The position numbers and the translations under genes are program-made. A DNA stretch of 63,238 nt, the filler included, from Lenisia limosa (Eukaryota > Protista > Breviatea), in the NCBI GenBank assembly GCA_001655205.1. It is 11 parts of 11 records of this genome, joined end to end, with 100 filler letters (N's around TTAATTAATTAA, not from the genome) between each part and the next. Parts side by side here need not be neighbours in the genome. Positions count along the whole stretch, not along the records: positions 60,142 to 63,238 come from LPNZ01007153.1; 10 more parts are not named here. The stretch is one strand, 5' to 3'. The notes under the pieces are model-generated. The model saw only the letters and a list, made by a program, of their open reading frames with translations, was not told the origin of the DNA and did not search any database. Shown in pieces: positions 62,198 to 63,238 of this stretch (position 1 is the stretch's first letter; the number at the start of each line of letters is the position of its first letter).

Positions 62198-62890
62198 ACC
62201 TTGATTACCATTCCCTGGAGGTCAGACACATGGTGGGATCCGACTCGGAGGGACACAGAACCTGAGGTGAAGTCCTGGTCCGAGGCGCCACACTCGTTGG
62301 CTGTGGGGGGGGGGGGNNNNNNNNNNNNNNNNNNNNNNNNNNNNNNNNNNNNNNNNNNNNNNNNNNNNNNNNNNNNNNNNNNNNNNNNNNNNNNNNNNNN
62401 NNNNNNNNNNNNNNNNNNNNNNNNNNNNNNNNNNNNNNNNNNNNNNNNNNNNNNNNNNNNNNNNNNNNNNNNNNNNNNNNNNNNNNNNNNNNNNNNNNNN
62501 NNNNNNNNNNNNNNNNNNNNNNNNNNNNNNNNNNNNNNNNNNNNNNNNNNNNNNTGCGTTTCCGGTCCGATTCCTCACTCTAGGTAGGGTCAAAATGTAT
62601 GTAGTTTTTTTGAGCAAGAAAATAGATTAAATAAATCCAGGGAAACATAAGAATACATGGAGATACCATAACAAATCACCATAATTATCATGCATCTATT
62701 TAAGCCACGTAGAGCAACTTATATTGCTCCTATCAATGTCCATCATCACCATTAAACATTGCCCAACACCACCACTATTAAACATTGCCCATCCCTGTGC
62801 GTATAAGTACCCCACCCACCGAGGAAAACGCTGAGGCCACGGCACCGACCACTGCGGCCGCATTGCTGCCAACTTCGGCTGAGAGCTCTT
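62198..62890 (-). CDS. Hypothetical protein exons
   Basis: EELSAEVGSNAAAVVGAVASAFSS| and ANECGASDQDFTSGSVSLRVGSHHV.. bounded by AG/GT. Confidence 0.45.
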
Positions 62891-62960
62891 CTGGGGAGGG
62901 AGAGAAATAAAATTGGAAACTTTGAAAAAAAAGGGCCCAAAATCAACTCTGTAGGCTGAA
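62891..62960 (-). mobile_element. Family D 3' end forming an acceptor
   Basis: Minus strand: CCTACAGAGTTGATTTTGGGCCC..TTTCCAATTTTATTTCTCTCCCTCCCCAG| in-frame exon. Confidence 0.72.
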
Positions 62961-63238
62961 AAAACTTCTGAAAGAAAGAACATAGCAATTCATTTAAGTT
63001 CCCAAAAGCACTGAAACGATGAACAAGGTAATTTATTTCTGGTATCCCTATGCTATGTATTTATTTGTTTCCCTAGATTTCTAATGTATATTATTTCTCT
63101 TTTTTTTTAAAAAAAGGTCGCACCTGAAGCGGAGGAAGACACAGCCGAAATGGAGCTCAGAAGCATTGAGGAAACATCGCCTGACACCTGGTCTAAAGGA
63201 TGAGCAAATACCTGACATTCCTCTGGAAATTGGCGGAC

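Overview
Fragmented draft assembly of an intron-rich microbial eukaryote. An amoebozoan is plausible from the paxillin-like LIM and REM-RasGEF genes, but that is inference only. The window is not one locus: it is 11 scaffold pieces joined by an artificial N-TTAATTAATTAA-N six-frame-stop linker (at 6013, 7780, 10787, 14975, 21328, 22794, 43550, 55289, 57973, 60086), so adjacency across linkers means nothing. Genes recognised by splicing GT-AG exons by hand: a DUF229-like protein, GH47 alpha-1,2-mannosidase, aldo-keto reductase, NCKX-like Ca2+/cation exchanger, CDC23/APC8, an RPEL-containing RasGEF, paxillin-like 4xLIM protein, ADAT2/TAD2, a J-domain protein, TIPRL and RPL13. Most ORFs in the supplied track are spurious. 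The unusual biology is in the introns. (1) A dispersed ~150-175 bp repeat (family D) whose left end is a 5' splice site and whose right end supplies branch point, pyrimidine tract and 3' AG, i.e. an Introner-like element. (2) A strand-polarised intron architecture with a G-run after donors and a C-run before acceptors. (3) Further short mobile families: TA-flanked palindromic MITEs A and C, a TA-flanked element B with no terminal inverted repeats, and a 1.14 kb TIR element E carrying an unknown reading frame. All calls are by eye; no searches or alignments were run.
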